DNA from: an uncultured delta proteobacterium | GTDB lineage: Bacteria > Myxococcota > Myxococcia > Myxococcales > Anaeromyxobacteraceae | Length of the DNA: 64,000 nt | NCBI GenBank assembly: GCA_963814585.1 | Contig: CAWFDF010000012.1 | Span: 160,001 to 224,000 of the forward strand | Direction: 5' to 3' | Part shown: in pieces, positions 28,010 to 39,702 of the stretch | How positions within the stretch are numbered: position 1 is the stretch's first letter | How the letters are laid out: every line of letters begins with the position of its first letter | Made by a program: the position numbers and the translations under genes | Notes under the pieces: model-generated | Seen by the model: the letters and a program-made list of their open reading frames with translations, nothing else | Databases searched by the model: none | What the model was told of the DNA's origin: nothing

Positions 28010-29038
28010 TCAGCGGACGGCGGGCTCGCTTCCCGCCTTCCGCGCGTCCATCTTCTTCCTCAGCTCGAGGCAGGGGTCCTCCCGCTCGGCGGCCGGCGTG
28101 AAGATGACGAAGTCGAAGGGGAGCGCCGCCCCGTACTCGGCGGCGTAGTCGTCGGGATGCTGCAACCCGGCCTTGACCTCGAGGTGGCCCACCGCCACCA
28201 CCGACGTGCCCGGCAGCTCGCGGGCCAGCCAGGCGGGCACCCCCCGGTCGTGGCGGGCGTGGCCGTCGCCGGCCACCAGCAGCGCGCCCCGCTCGCGCCC
28301 CGCCGTGGCGGTCCGCACCGCCAGCTGGGCGTCGCGGGCCCGCTGCGCCTGGACCAGCGGCTTGACCAGCGCCTCCGGCAGCTCCCCGCAGTGGTTCTCG
28401 GCCATCTCCCGCTTCAGCTGCTCCAGCTCGGCCGCGGTCGGCTCCGGGGACCGGGCCAGCCAGTCGCGGGCGTCCTCCGGCAGCGCCTCCGCCCCTTTCT
28501 TCATCACCTCCCGGGCGGCGGATCGGGAGAGGTTGGCGGCCACCAGCGGCAGCCGGGCGTCCAGGCCGGCCTCGAAGATGGGCCGGTAGAGCGCGAACGC
28601 TGGCCACCCGCTCTTCGACCACTCGACCGCCTCGGCCACGGTGTCGGCGGTGGCCCCCGGCGCGGACACGGCCGCGTCGAGCTTCTCCTGCATCGGGGTG
28701 GTGAGCATCTCGAAGGCGAGCGCCGGCGACCGCCCCGCCGCAGTCACGGCCCGGACCTCCCGGGCCTGCAGCCGGTGGTGGTCGGGGTTGTCGTGGACCT
28801 CGCCGAGCACGGCCAGGTCGGCGCGCGCCAGCGCGGCGTCGAGCGTGGCCTGGTCGACCCAGCGCCGCCCCTTCACGTCGAGGATGCGCCCGACCAGCGG
28901 GTGCTCGCGCAGCAGCGGTGACGACCAGTCGGGCCCGTAAGGTCGCGGGTCGATGGCGCGGGGCGTGAGCGGCCGGGGGGCGCAGCCGGCGGCGAGGCCG
29001 CCCGCCACCAGGAGCAGGGCGAGGCGCGATGGGGACAT
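28010..29038 (-). CDS. ChaN/DUF399-family lipoprotein
   Basis: Lipobox LAAGC, VLGEVHDNPDHH, ALAFEM, GWPAFALYRPIF, QRARD, AGDGH. Confidence 0.85.
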   Translation of the reverse strand: MSPSRLALLLVAGGLAAGCAPRPLTPRAIDPRPYGPDWSSPLLREHPLVGRILDVKGRRWVDQATLDAALARADLAVLGEVHDNPDHHRLQAREVRAVTAAGRSPALAFEMLTTPMQEKLDAAVSAPGATADTVAEAVEWSKSGWPAFALYRPIFEAGLDARLPLVAANLSRSAAREVMKKGAEALPEDARDWLARSPEPTAAELEQLKREMAENHCGELPEALVKPLVQAQRARDAQLAVRTATAGRERGALLVAGDGHARHDRGVPAWLARELPGTSVVAVGHLEVKAGLQHPDDYAAEYGAALPFDFVIFTPAAEREDPCLELRKKMDARKAGSEPAVR

Positions 29039-29079
29039 GGCCGGCGATGGTAGCCGGTCTGGAGGCGTGACGGTGCGGG

Positions 29080-31809
29080 CTACTTCGCCGTCACCGGCCT
29101 GCCCTCCCCGTCGATCAGCCTGGGCGCGCCGAGGCCGAGCGCCTGGAGTCCCGCCTCCACCTTGGCGCGGTCGCCCACCACCACCCAGACGATGCGGGCC
29201 GGGTCGACGATCTGCGCCGCGTCGGTCGCCGTCGCGACGTCGACGGCCCGCACCCTGGCGGGGTAGGCGTCCCAGTACCGGTCGTCGAGGCCGAAGCGGA
29301 GGATCTCGGCGGTGGACCGCCCCACCGCCCGGGCCGTCTCCCACTCCCCGGGGAGCGCCAGGGTCAGCGAGGCCTGCGCCGCCGACAGCTCGGCCGCGGT
29401 GATGGGCCGCTCGCCGCGGATCCCCTTCGCCTCCTTGACGAACTCGGCGAGCGCCTCGCTGGTCTTGTCGGTCTGGACCGGCGCGTAGCCGAGGTAGGGG
29501 CGCGGGCCGCGGGCCGCCACCAGGAAGGTCCCGGCGCCGTAGGTCCAGTGCTTCTCCTCGCGCAGGTTCATGTTGACGCGAGAGGAGAACTGGCCGCCGA
29601 AGATGGTGTTCATCACCTCCTGCTCGACCGCCCTGGGGTTGTTGCGCGGCGGGGCCACCGTGCCCATGAGGACGATCGACTGCTCCGACCCGGGCCGGTC
29701 GACCAGGTAGACGCCGGGGGCGGCCGGCGTCCCGGCGCCGACGGTCTTCTTCGGCACCTCGCCCCGCTTCCAGCCGGCGAAGGCCCGCTCCAGCTTCGGC
29801 CTCACCTCGGCGAGCGTGGTGTCGCCCACCACCAGCAGGGTGGCGGCGTTGGGCTTGAACCAGGTGCGCCACCACCGGACCGCGTCGTCCCGGGTCAGGC
29901 CTTTCACCGCCGCCGCGGTGCCGGAGCCGGTGAGCGGGTTCCCGTACGGGTGCCCGCCGCCGAAGATCAGGCCGGGCAGGAGCCGGAAGGCCACGCCGAT
30001 GGGCTGGGCCTGCTCCTGCTCGATGGCCGCCAGCTGCTGCCGCTGCAGCCGCTCGAAGTCGGCCCTGGGGAAGCTCGGGTTGAGCACCACGTCGGCGTAG
30101 ACGGCCAGGGCGCCGTCGAAGTTGGCCTTGAGTGCGTCGAGCGAGACCTGGCTCTGGTCGAGGTTGGAGCCGGTGGTGAGGGTGGCGCCGAGGCGCTGCA
30201 GCTCGTCGCTGATCTGGAGCGAGCTGCGCGTGGCGGTCCCCTCGTCGAGCATGGCCGAGGCCAGCTTGGCGGTGCCGGGCGCGCCGCCGGCGTCGGAGGC
30301 GTAGCCGGCGTCCACCAGCAGGTCGAGGTTGACCACCGGGATGGCGTGGCGCTCCACCACCACCAGCTGCAGGCCGTTCGAGAGCGTGGCGCGCTGGATG
30401 GCCGGGAACTTCGGATCGGCCTGGGGCCCGGGCACCGGCAGCGCGCTGCGGTCGACGTCGGGGGCGAAGGCTGCCAGCCCGTCACCGAACGGCCGGACCG
30501 TCAGGACCGCGACGCCGTCGGTGAGCCAGCGGCGGCTGGCGGCCTGGACCAGCGCCGGCGTGGCGGCCTTCACCCAGCCGGTGGCCTTCCGGTAGCTGGC
30601 CGGATCGCCGCCGTAGACCTGTCCCTGCGCCAGCACGTCCGACTTGCCGCCGAAGCCGCCGATCCGCTCGACGCCGCGGATGAAGGCCGCCAGCCGGGCG
30701 GTGCGGGCCCTGGCCAGCTCGTCTTCGGTCGGCCCCTTCGCCACCAGGCGCGCCAGCTCCTCCTTGATGGCCTTCTCGACCGCGGCCGGATCGCCGCCGG
30801 GCCGGACGGTGGCGGTCACGTAGAAGTTGGAGCCGAGCTCGGCGGTCGTCTGGGTGGCCGAGACGTCGGTGGCCAGCTGCTCGTCGTAGACCAGCCGCTT
30901 GTAGAGGCGCGAGGTCTTGCCGGAGGAGAGGATCTGCCCGGCGAGGCCGAGCAGCGCGTCGTCCTGGTCACCCCACGGCGCGGTGTTCCAGGCCAGGTAG
31001 ACCCGGGCCTGCGGCACGCGATCCTGCAGCTCCAGCCGCTGCTCTCCGCTGCGCTTGGCGACCCAGGCCACCGGCCGATCGACGGGCGGCCCGGGCGGGA
31101 TGTGGCCGAAGTACTTCTCGACGCGCGCCTTGACGTCCTCCGGCTTCACGTCGCCGGCCACCACCAGGGTGGCGTTGGACGGTCCGTAGTAGGTCTTGAA
31201 CCACTCCTTGACGTCCTCGAGCGAGGCGGCGTTCAGGTCGGCCATCGAGCCGATGACGGTCCAGGAGTAGGGGTGGCCCTTCGGGTAGAGGACCGGCTGC
31301 AGCGCCTCGTCCACCTTGCCGTAGGGCTCGTTCTCGTACTGCCGCTTCTCGTTCTGGACCACGCCCCGCTGCAGGTCGAGCTTCTTCTGGTCGATGGCGC
31401 CGAGCAGGTGGCCCATCCGATCCGACTCGATGAAGAGGGCGGTGTCGAGCGCCGAGACCGGGACGTTCTCGAAGTAGTTGGTCCGGTCCTGGTCGGTGGT
31501 GCCGTTGAGGTCCGAGGCGCCCAGGGCCTCGAAGGTCTTGATGACGTCCCCCTTCAGGTGCTCCGAGGGCTGGAACATCAGGTGCTCGAAGAGGTGGGCG
31601 AACCCGGTCCGGCCCGGCTTCTCGTTCTTGGAGCCGACGTGGTACCAGACGTTGACGGCGACGACCGGGGCCTTGTGGTCCTCGTGGATCACCAGCGTCA
31701 GCCCGTTCTTGAGGACGTGGCGGGTGAAGGGGATCTCGGGGACCTCCTGGGCGCTGGCGGCCGGGACGGCCAGGGCCAGGGTGAGGGCCAGCGCGGTGCG
31801 GACGATCAT
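29080..31809 (-). CDS. M16 (pitrilysin/insulinase) family zinc protease, secreted
   Basis: WYHVGSKNEKPGRTGFAHLFEH (HXXEH), NGTT..DRTNYFE, SSRVNMNLREEKHWTYG. Confidence 0.93.
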   Translation of the reverse strand: MIVRTALALTLALAVPAASAQEVPEIPFTRHVLKNGLTLVIHEDHKAPVVAVNVWYHVGSKNEKPGRTGFAHLFEHLMFQPSEHLKGDVIKTFEALGASDLNGTTDQDRTNYFENVPVSALDTALFIESDRMGHLLGAIDQKKLDLQRGVVQNEKRQYENEPYGKVDEALQPVLYPKGHPYSWTVIGSMADLNAASLEDVKEWFKTYYGPSNATLVVAGDVKPEDVKARVEKYFGHIPPGPPVDRPVAWVAKRSGEQRLELQDRVPQARVYLAWNTAPWGDQDDALLGLAGQILSSGKTSRLYKRLVYDEQLATDVSATQTTAELGSNFYVTATVRPGGDPAAVEKAIKEELARLVAKGPTEDELARARTARLAAFIRGVERIGGFGGKSDVLAQGQVYGGDPASYRKATGWVKAATPALVQAASRRWLTDGVAVLTVRPFGDGLAAFAPDVDRSALPVPGPQADPKFPAIQRATLSNGLQLVVVERHAIPVVNLDLLVDAGYASDAGGAPGTAKLASAMLDEGTATRSSLQISDELQRLGATLTTGSNLDQSQVSLDALKANFDGALAVYADVVLNPSFPRADFERLQRQQLAAIEQEQAQPIGVAFRLLPGLIFGGGHPYGNPLTGSGTAAAVKGLTRDDAVRWWRTWFKPNAATLLVVGDTTLAEVRPKLERAFAGWKRGEVPKKTVGAGTPAAPGVYLVDRPGSEQSIVLMGTVAPPRNNPRAVEQEVMNTIFGGQFSSRVNMNLREEKHWTYGAGTFLVAARGPRPYLGYAPVQTDKTSEALAEFVKEAKGIRGERPITAAELSAAQASLTLALPGEWETARAVGRSTAEILRFGLDDRYWDAYPARVRAVDVATATDAAQIVDPARIVWVVVGDRAKVEAGLQALGLGAPRLIDGEGRPVTAK

Positions 31810-31946
31810 CGGGTGCTCCTTGGGGTTGGAGGGGCCCCGGGAATGTAGGGCCGGGCGGCCGGTGGCGCGACCAGCACTTCTGGTCCCTTCCGGGAGGGGC
31901 GAGGCGGCCGGGTGTGACAGCGGCTGCGTGCTACCTTCCTCGGTCC

Positions 31947-33470
31947 ATGGCCGTGGCACCACCCCCCAGCGGACCGCCCGTGCCGCCGCCCCGCCGGCCC
32001 CTGGTGGCGCTGGAGAGGGCCTCGGTGACCCTGGGCGAGGCGCCGGTGCTGCGCGACGTCACGCTGACGCTGCGCGCGGGCGACCGCTGGGCCGTGATCG
32101 GCGCCAACGGCTCCGGCAAGTCGACGCTGCTCCGCCTGCTGCGCGGCGACCAGTGGCTCGACCCCCGGCTGCCGGGGCGCCGACTCTTCCACGGGCCGGA
32201 CGGCGAGCCGCAGGTGAGCCCCATCGGCGTGCGGGAGCGGATGGCCCTGGTGGGGCCCGAGGCGCAGGACGAATACGCCCGCGCCGACCTGGACCTGCCG
32301 GTCGAGGCGGTGATCCGCTCCGGGCTCGACGGCGAGCGCTACCCGGTCTGGCCGGCCACGCCGGCGCGGACGGCCCTGGTCGAGCGGGCCGCGGCGGCCC
32401 TGGGCGTGGGGGGGCTGCTGCGCCGCCGCTTCCTCTCGCTGTCGCGCGGCGAGGCGCGGCGGGTGCTGGTGGCCCGGGCGCTGGCGGCGGGGCCCGAGGT
32501 GCTGCTGCTCGACGAGGTCTGCGACGGGCTCGACCCGGCCGGGCGCGAGGCCTTGCTGGGGCGGCTCACCGCCGTGGCGGCGGCCGGGGTCACCGTGGTG
32601 ACGGCGACGCACCGGGAGGAGGAGATCTTCGCCGGCGTGGACCGGGTGGTCCAGCTGGAGGGCGGCCGCGTCACGGGCGACCGCGTGGCGGAGGGCCGCG
32701 TGGCGGTCGGCCAGTCCACGGACGGCCGCGTCCCGGACGCTCGCGCCACGGCAGGACGCGCCCCGGACGGCCGCGCACCACCCGGCCGGGCCCCGGACGG
32801 TCCGGTCCAGTTCGACCTGCGCGAGGTGACGGTCCTGGTGGAGGGCCGCCCCGTCCTGGATCGCGTCACCTGGACGGTCCGCGCCGGCGAGGCCTGGGGC
32901 GTCACCGGCCCCAACGGCGCGGGCAAGTCCACCCTGGTGCGGCTGCTGGCCGGGGAGGAGCAGCCGGCCAGCGGCGCCATCCACCGGCTCGACCTCGGGG
33001 CGCATGCCGACGCCGGCCAGGTGCGGCTCCGGGTCGGCCTGGTCTCCCCCGAGCTCCAGGCGCGCCACCGCTTCGACGCGCCCGGCGAGTCGGTGGTCCT
33101 CTCCGGCTTCCTCGGCACGGTGGGGCTGGCGGCCCCGCCCGGCCCCGGGCAGGTCCGGATGGCGCGGGAGACCCTCGCCCGGCTCGGGCTCGAGCCCCTC
33201 CGGGAGCGGCGCTTCCTCTCCTGCTCCTACGGCGAGCAGCGGTTGCTGCTGCTGGCCCGGGCGCTGGTGGCGCGCCCCGAGGCGCTGCTGCTCGACGAGC
33301 CCTTCGCCGGCCTGTCCCCCGAGGCGCGGGGGGCCGTCGGCGAGAGGCTGGCCGCGCTGGGCCGCGAGGGGATCACGCTGGTGCTGGTGAGCCATCACGA
33401 GGACGAGCTGGCGGGGCTGGCCGGGCGGCGGGCCCGGCTGTCGGCAGGCCGGCTCGAGCTGGAGAGGTGA
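31947..33470 (+). CDS. ModF-like dual-domain ABC ATPase
   Basis: Two Walker A motifs (GANGSGKS, GPNGAGKS), LSRGE/CSYGE signatures, LLLDE; no TM domain. Confidence 0.85.
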   Translation: MAVAPPPSGPPVPPPRRPLVALERASVTLGEAPVLRDVTLTLRAGDRWAVIGANGSGKSTLLRLLRGDQWLDPRLPGRRLFHGPDGEPQVSPIGVRERMALVGPEAQDEYARADLDLPVEAVIRSGLDGERYPVWPATPARTALVERAAAALGVGGLLRRRFLSLSRGEARRVLVARALAAGPEVLLLDEVCDGLDPAGREALLGRLTAVAAAGVTVVTATHREEEIFAGVDRVVQLEGGRVTGDRVAEGRVAVGQSTDGRVPDARATAGRAPDGRAPPGRAPDGPVQFDLREVTVLVEGRPVLDRVTWTVRAGEAWGVTGPNGAGKSTLVRLLAGEEQPASGAIHRLDLGAHADAGQVRLRVGLVSPELQARHRFDAPGESVVLSGFLGTVGLAAPPGPGQVRMARETLARLGLEPLRERRFLSCSYGEQRLLLLARALVARPEALLLDEPFAGLSPEARGAVGERLAALGREGITLVLVSHHEDELAGLAGRRARLSAGRLELER

Positions 33471-34106
33471 TCAGCCGCGATCGAGCTTGATGGCGTCGGG
33501 CAGCTCGTTGGCTGCCGGAGCGCCGCCGCGAGGGAAGTGCTCCGCGAGCCGGGCCCCGCACCGGCCGATGGCCTCGACGAAGCCGTCGGCGGGCGCGCCG
33601 CGCCTCAGGCCCGACACCAGGGCGTCGACGGTGGCCTTCCACTCCGCCTCGCCGACCCGGGCGTGGATGCCGTGGTCCCCCAGCACCACCGCCTCCCGCT
33701 CCAGCAGCGAGGCGAAGAGGAGCACGCCGGTTCCCTCGGCGGTCTGGTGGAGCCCGTGCTCCAGGAAGGCTCGCATGGCCCGGGATCTCACCGCCTGGTC
33801 CATGGCCACCCGGCCCACCAGCCAGCGCTCCACCGGTCCCAGCCGGCCGATCGCCCACCCCAGCAGGCCACCCGCCACCTGCGCCACCGGCAGCTCGGTC
33901 AGGGTCAGGTGCAGCGGCGAGAGCAGCAGCCCCGCGGTCACCAGCGACGCGGCCAGGAGCGCCGAGCGCAGCCGGACCTCGGCGTAGTCGTCGCTCCTCG
34001 CCACCACCACCGGCACCACCTGCCCGCGCGTGCCGGCCTCGGCCGACCGGACCGCCTCGGCCACCCGGGCGCGCGCCGCCTCGTCGAAGCTCCGCTCCAG
34101 CACCAT
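33471..34106 (-). CDS. TPM domain membrane protein
   Basis: AVRSAEAGTRGQVV, TGVLLFASLLER, GDHGIH, NELPD. Confidence 0.85.
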   Translation of the reverse strand: MVLERSFDEAARARVAEAVRSAEAGTRGQVVPVVVARSDDYAEVRLRSALLAASLVTAGLLLSPLHLTLTELPVAQVAGGLLGWAIGRLGPVERWLVGRVAMDQAVRSRAMRAFLEHGLHQTAEGTGVLLFASLLEREAVVLGDHGIHARVGEAEWKATVDALVSGLRRGAPADGFVEAIGRCGARLAEHFPRGGAPAANELPDAIKLDRG

Positions 34107-34114
34107 GCCGCCTC

Positions 34115-34882
34115 CTACCAGCTCCCCGACGCGCCGCCGCCGGAGAAGCCGCCACCGCCACCGCTCCAGCCCCCGCCGCTGCCGCCGCCACCACCGAGGC
34201 CGCCACCCCAGCCACCTCCGCCTCCGCCGCCACCGAGGCCGCCACCCCAGCCGCCGCCGCGCCAGTGCGAGCGTCGGAACGGGCTGCCCCCGAAGGTCAG
34301 GCGCAGCACCACCACCAGGATCAGGAGCACGACCCCGAGGAGCCCGCCGAAGCGCCCGGAGCGCGATGGGCGCTCCGAGGCCCGCTCGGGCATGCCGGCC
34401 GGCAGCGCGCCCAGCGCCCGCAGCACCTGCACCCCGGCCTCGTGGAGACCGTCGCCGTAGCGGCCGGCGCGGAACGCCGGCGTCAGCACCGAGCGGATGA
34501 TCCGCGAGGCCTGCACGTCGGTGAGCGCCCCCTCGACGCCGTTCCCCACCTCGATGCGGACCTTCCGGTCGTCGACGGCGACCACCAGCAGCACCCCGTC
34601 GTCCCGCGCCGCGTCGCCCAGCCTCCAGGCCTCGGCGACGCGGATGGCGAACTGCTCGATGGGCTCCCCGTCCAGCTCCCGGACCACCAGGAACTGGAGC
34701 TGGACGCCGCGGCGCCCCTCGACCTCCCGGGCCGCACGCGCCAGCGCGTCGAGCCGGCGAACGTCAGCGGCGGAGAGGATCCCGGCCTCGTCGACCACCG
34801 GGCCGGTGAGCCGGGGCACGTCGCGCGCCAGGCCCAGGGCCGGGAGCGCGGCGAGCAGCGCGGCGAGGGCGAGCGTTCGCAC
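34115..34882 (-). CDS. TPM domain (YgcG-like) protein with Gly-rich tail
   Basis: VVDEAGILS, DDGVLLVVAVDDRKVRIEVGNGVEG, GGGGFSGGGASGSW. Confidence 0.88.
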   Translation of the reverse strand: MRTLALAALLAALPALGLARDVPRLTGPVVDEAGILSAADVRRLDALARAAREVEGRRGVQLQFLVVRELDGEPIEQFAIRVAEAWRLGDAARDDGVLLVVAVDDRKVRIEVGNGVEGALTDVQASRIIRSVLTPAFRAGRYGDGLHEAGVQVLRALGALPAGMPERASERPSRSGRFGGLLGVVLLILVVVLRLTFGGSPFRRSHWRGGGWGGGLGGGGGGGGWGGGLGGGGGSGGGWSGGGGGFSGGGASGSW

Positions 34883-34917
34883 CGTCCCCCGCCTGGTGCC
34901 GCGCCCGGGGCGCGGCA

Positions 34918-35499
34918 CTAGAACTTGACCTTGGGGGCGGTGGCCGCGTCCGGGGTGGTGGCCTGGAACTGCGGCTTGGGCTGCTTCTTGTAGAACCACG
35001 AGTTGGTCCAGCTGGTGGGCGGCACCGTCACCAGGTCGTTGAAGGCCTGCACCCCCTCGATGTAGCGGCGGCGGGCGATGGCGATCCGGTTCTCGGTCCC
35101 CTCCAGCTGTGCCTGCAGATCGCGGAAGTTCTCGTTGGCCTTCAGCTGCGGGTAGCTCTCGGCGACCGCCAGCAGCCGGCCGAGCGCGCTGCGCAGCTGC
35201 CCCTGCGCCTCCTCGAACTGCTTCAGCTTCTCCGGCGTCAGGTCGCTGGCGCTGAGCTGGACCGAGGTGGCCCTGGCCCGGGCGCTCACCACCGCCTCGA
35301 GCGTCTCCTTCTCATGGGAGGCGTAGCCCTTCACGGTCTCGACCAGGTTGGGCACCAGGTCGGCGCGGCGCTGGTACTGGTTCTCCACCTCCGCCCAGGC
35401 GGCGGTGACCGCGTTCTCGGCGCGAGGAATCGACTGGTAGCCGCACCCTCCCAGCAGGAGGGCGGCGGCGGCGGCAAGGACGGTGCGGGTGTTGGTCAT
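34918..35499 (-). CDS. lemA: LemA family protein
   Basis: AWAEVENQYQRRADLVPNLVETVKGYA, ESYPQLKANENF, QLEGTENRIAIARR. Confidence 0.93.
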   Translation of the reverse strand: MTNTRTVLAAAAALLLGGCGYQSIPRAENAVTAAWAEVENQYQRRADLVPNLVETVKGYASHEKETLEAVVSARARATSVQLSASDLTPEKLKQFEEAQGQLRSALGRLLAVAESYPQLKANENFRDLQAQLEGTENRIAIARRRYIEGVQAFNDLVTVPPTSWTNSWFYKKQPKPQFQATTPDAATAPKVKF

Positions 35500-35667
35500 G
35501 GAGGGTAACCTAGTCTGGAATCGGGGCCGGGTGGCGACCCCGTCGGGTCGGACGAGGATGGCATGGCGAGAGCCGGGACGCAGCAACCAGGGCGGGACGC
35601 GACGAGAGGCCGCGACCGGCGGGCCGGATCGACGCCGCGCGGCGCTCGCGCGCCGGGCGGACTGGTC

Positions 35668-36011
35668 GTGAAGTTCGAGCCCTTCTACCGGGTGGCGCGG
35701 CGCATCCCGCGCGGCCAGGTCGCCACCTACGGGCAGGTGGCGGCGCTGGCCGGCCGCCCGCGCGGCGCCCGGCTCTGCGGCTACGCCCTCTCGGCGCTGC
35801 GCAACACCGTCCACGACGTGCCGTGGCAGCGGGTGCTGGGCGCCCGCGGCGCGGGGCGCGCCGGCATCTCGCTGCGTGATCCGGTCGGCGCGGCGGCGCA
35901 GCGGTCGCTGCTGGCGAAGGAAGGCGTGGCGCTCGATGCGCGCGGCCGCGTCGACCTGGCCCGCTTCGGCTGGCGGCCCCGCCAGCGGTCCAGGTCGCCG
36001 GCGACCGGTTC

Positions 36012-36015
<4 letters not shown>
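35668..36015 (+). CDS. Alkyltransferase-like (ATL/YbaZ, MGMT family) protein
   Basis: [27 protein letters not shown] (Trp in place of the catalytic Cys of PCHRV). Confidence 0.85.
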
Positions 36016-38538
<2,523 letters not shown>

Positions 38539-38696
38539 CCTCGTCCTCCTGCGGCGTGGGAATCTCGACGGGCCTTGTCGTAACAGGACCGCACGGGCCG
38601 CGCATCCTACCGCGGCCGGCCCGCGGCGCGCGCGCCGCTTGCCACCCCCGGGCGCGGCGGGGTGGGGTAGCATCGCGCCAGACCCCGGGAGCCTCG

Positions 38697-39047
38697 ATGA
38701 CCACCATCCTCCGACACGCCATCCCCATCCAGACCACCTTCGATCCGCCGCCCGGCAACGCCGTCGAGCGGGTCATCGGGCCGTGCTGGGGGATCACGGT
38801 GCGAAGCCGCAGCGTCATCGGCACGACCTGCGCCGGCCTGCAGACCATCTTCGGCGGCGAGATCACCATGTTCACGGAGCTGGCCAACGACACGCGCAAC
38901 GAGGCCATGAACCGGCTCGAGCAGCACGCTCGCGAGATGGGTGCCAACTGCGTGCTGGGCTTCCGCTTCGACTCCTCCGAGCTGATGCAGAACACCAACG
39001 AGATCGTGGCCTACGGCACCGCGGTGGTGATCCGGCCCAGGACGTGA
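38697..39047 (+). CDS. YbjQ/UPF0145 family protein
   Basis: GITVRSRS, LQTIFGGEI, REMGANCVLGFRFDSS, AYGTAV. Confidence 0.88.
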   Translation: MTTILRHAIPIQTTFDPPPGNAVERVIGPCWGITVRSRSVIGTTCAGLQTIFGGEITMFTELANDTRNEAMNRLEQHAREMGANCVLGFRFDSSELMQNTNEIVAYGTAVVIRPRT

Positions 39048-39078
39048 TCGTCACCTCCCCTCCACGCGCACTGGCCCC

Positions 39079-39702
39079 ATGAGCCGGACCCCGCCGGCGC
39101 TGGCCCGCCGCCTCGACCGGCTGGCGCGCCGCGCCCACCTCTTCCACCGCTTCGCCCACCACCCGCTCTGCGACGCCTACGGTGGCGAGGTGGTCCGGCT
39201 GGGCCGGCGCACCCGGCTCTGCCGGGGCTGCGCGTTCGCCTCCGCCGGCGCGGCGGCCGGGGCCGTGGCCGGGTGGGCCTCGCCGCCGCCCTCCGTCGAG
39301 TGGCTGCTGCTCGGCCCCGCCATCCTGGCCGGCTGGGCCGCCCTGGCGCTGGCGCCACGCGGCAGCCGCCGACCGTCGAAGTGGATCACCCGGGCCGGGC
39401 CGCTGGCGATGGCCGCCTTCCTGGCTGTCGCCGGCCTGGGTGCGGCCAGGCACGCCGAGCCCGGCGACTGGGCCGGCGCCACCTCGGCGGTGACGGCCAC
39501 GGCCATCGTCGCGCTCGGCCTGGTCCGCTACCGCCGCCACGGCCCGGACCGGGCCCCGTGCCTGGGCTGCGCGCAGGCTCCCCCCGGGCCGCGCTGCGAC
39601 GGCCTTCGCGCGGTGGCGCGGCGGGAGCGGGCCTTCTCGCGGCTGGCGTCGCGCTGGATCGCCAGGAGCCGGCGCGGTTCGTGCGAGACTGCTCCGCCAT
39701 GA
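39079..39702 (+). CDS. Hypothetical membrane protein with His/Cys motifs
   Basis: AHHPLC...LCRGC, several TM segments, CLGC...C near the C-terminus; stop overlaps the next ATG. Confidence 0.65.
   Translation: MSRTPPALARRLDRLARRAHLFHRFAHHPLCDAYGGEVVRLGRRTRLCRGCAFASAGAAAGAVAGWASPPPSVEWLLLGPAILAGWAALALAPRGSRRPSKWITRAGPLAMAAFLAVAGLGAARHAEPGDWAGATSAVTATAIVALGLVRYRRHGPDRAPCLGCAQAPPGPRCDGLRAVARRERAFSRLASRWIARSRRGSCETAPP

Noticed and set aside
34150..34262. Direct repeats resembling a CRISPR or VNTR array
   Set aside because: They encode the usual Gly-rich tail of a TPM protein; there are no unique spacers and no cas genes
35559..35574. sigma54 promoter TGGCATGGCGAGAGCC upstream of the ATL gene
   Set aside because: GG-N10-GC spacing is met but the -12 element is poor; expected by chance at this GC content
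38697..39702. Further selenoproteins through read-through of TGA stops (ybjQ, the Cys-rich membrane protein, Ehr subunits)
   Set aside because: These stops fall at the expected protein ends or overlap the next start codon, not at conserved Cys positions
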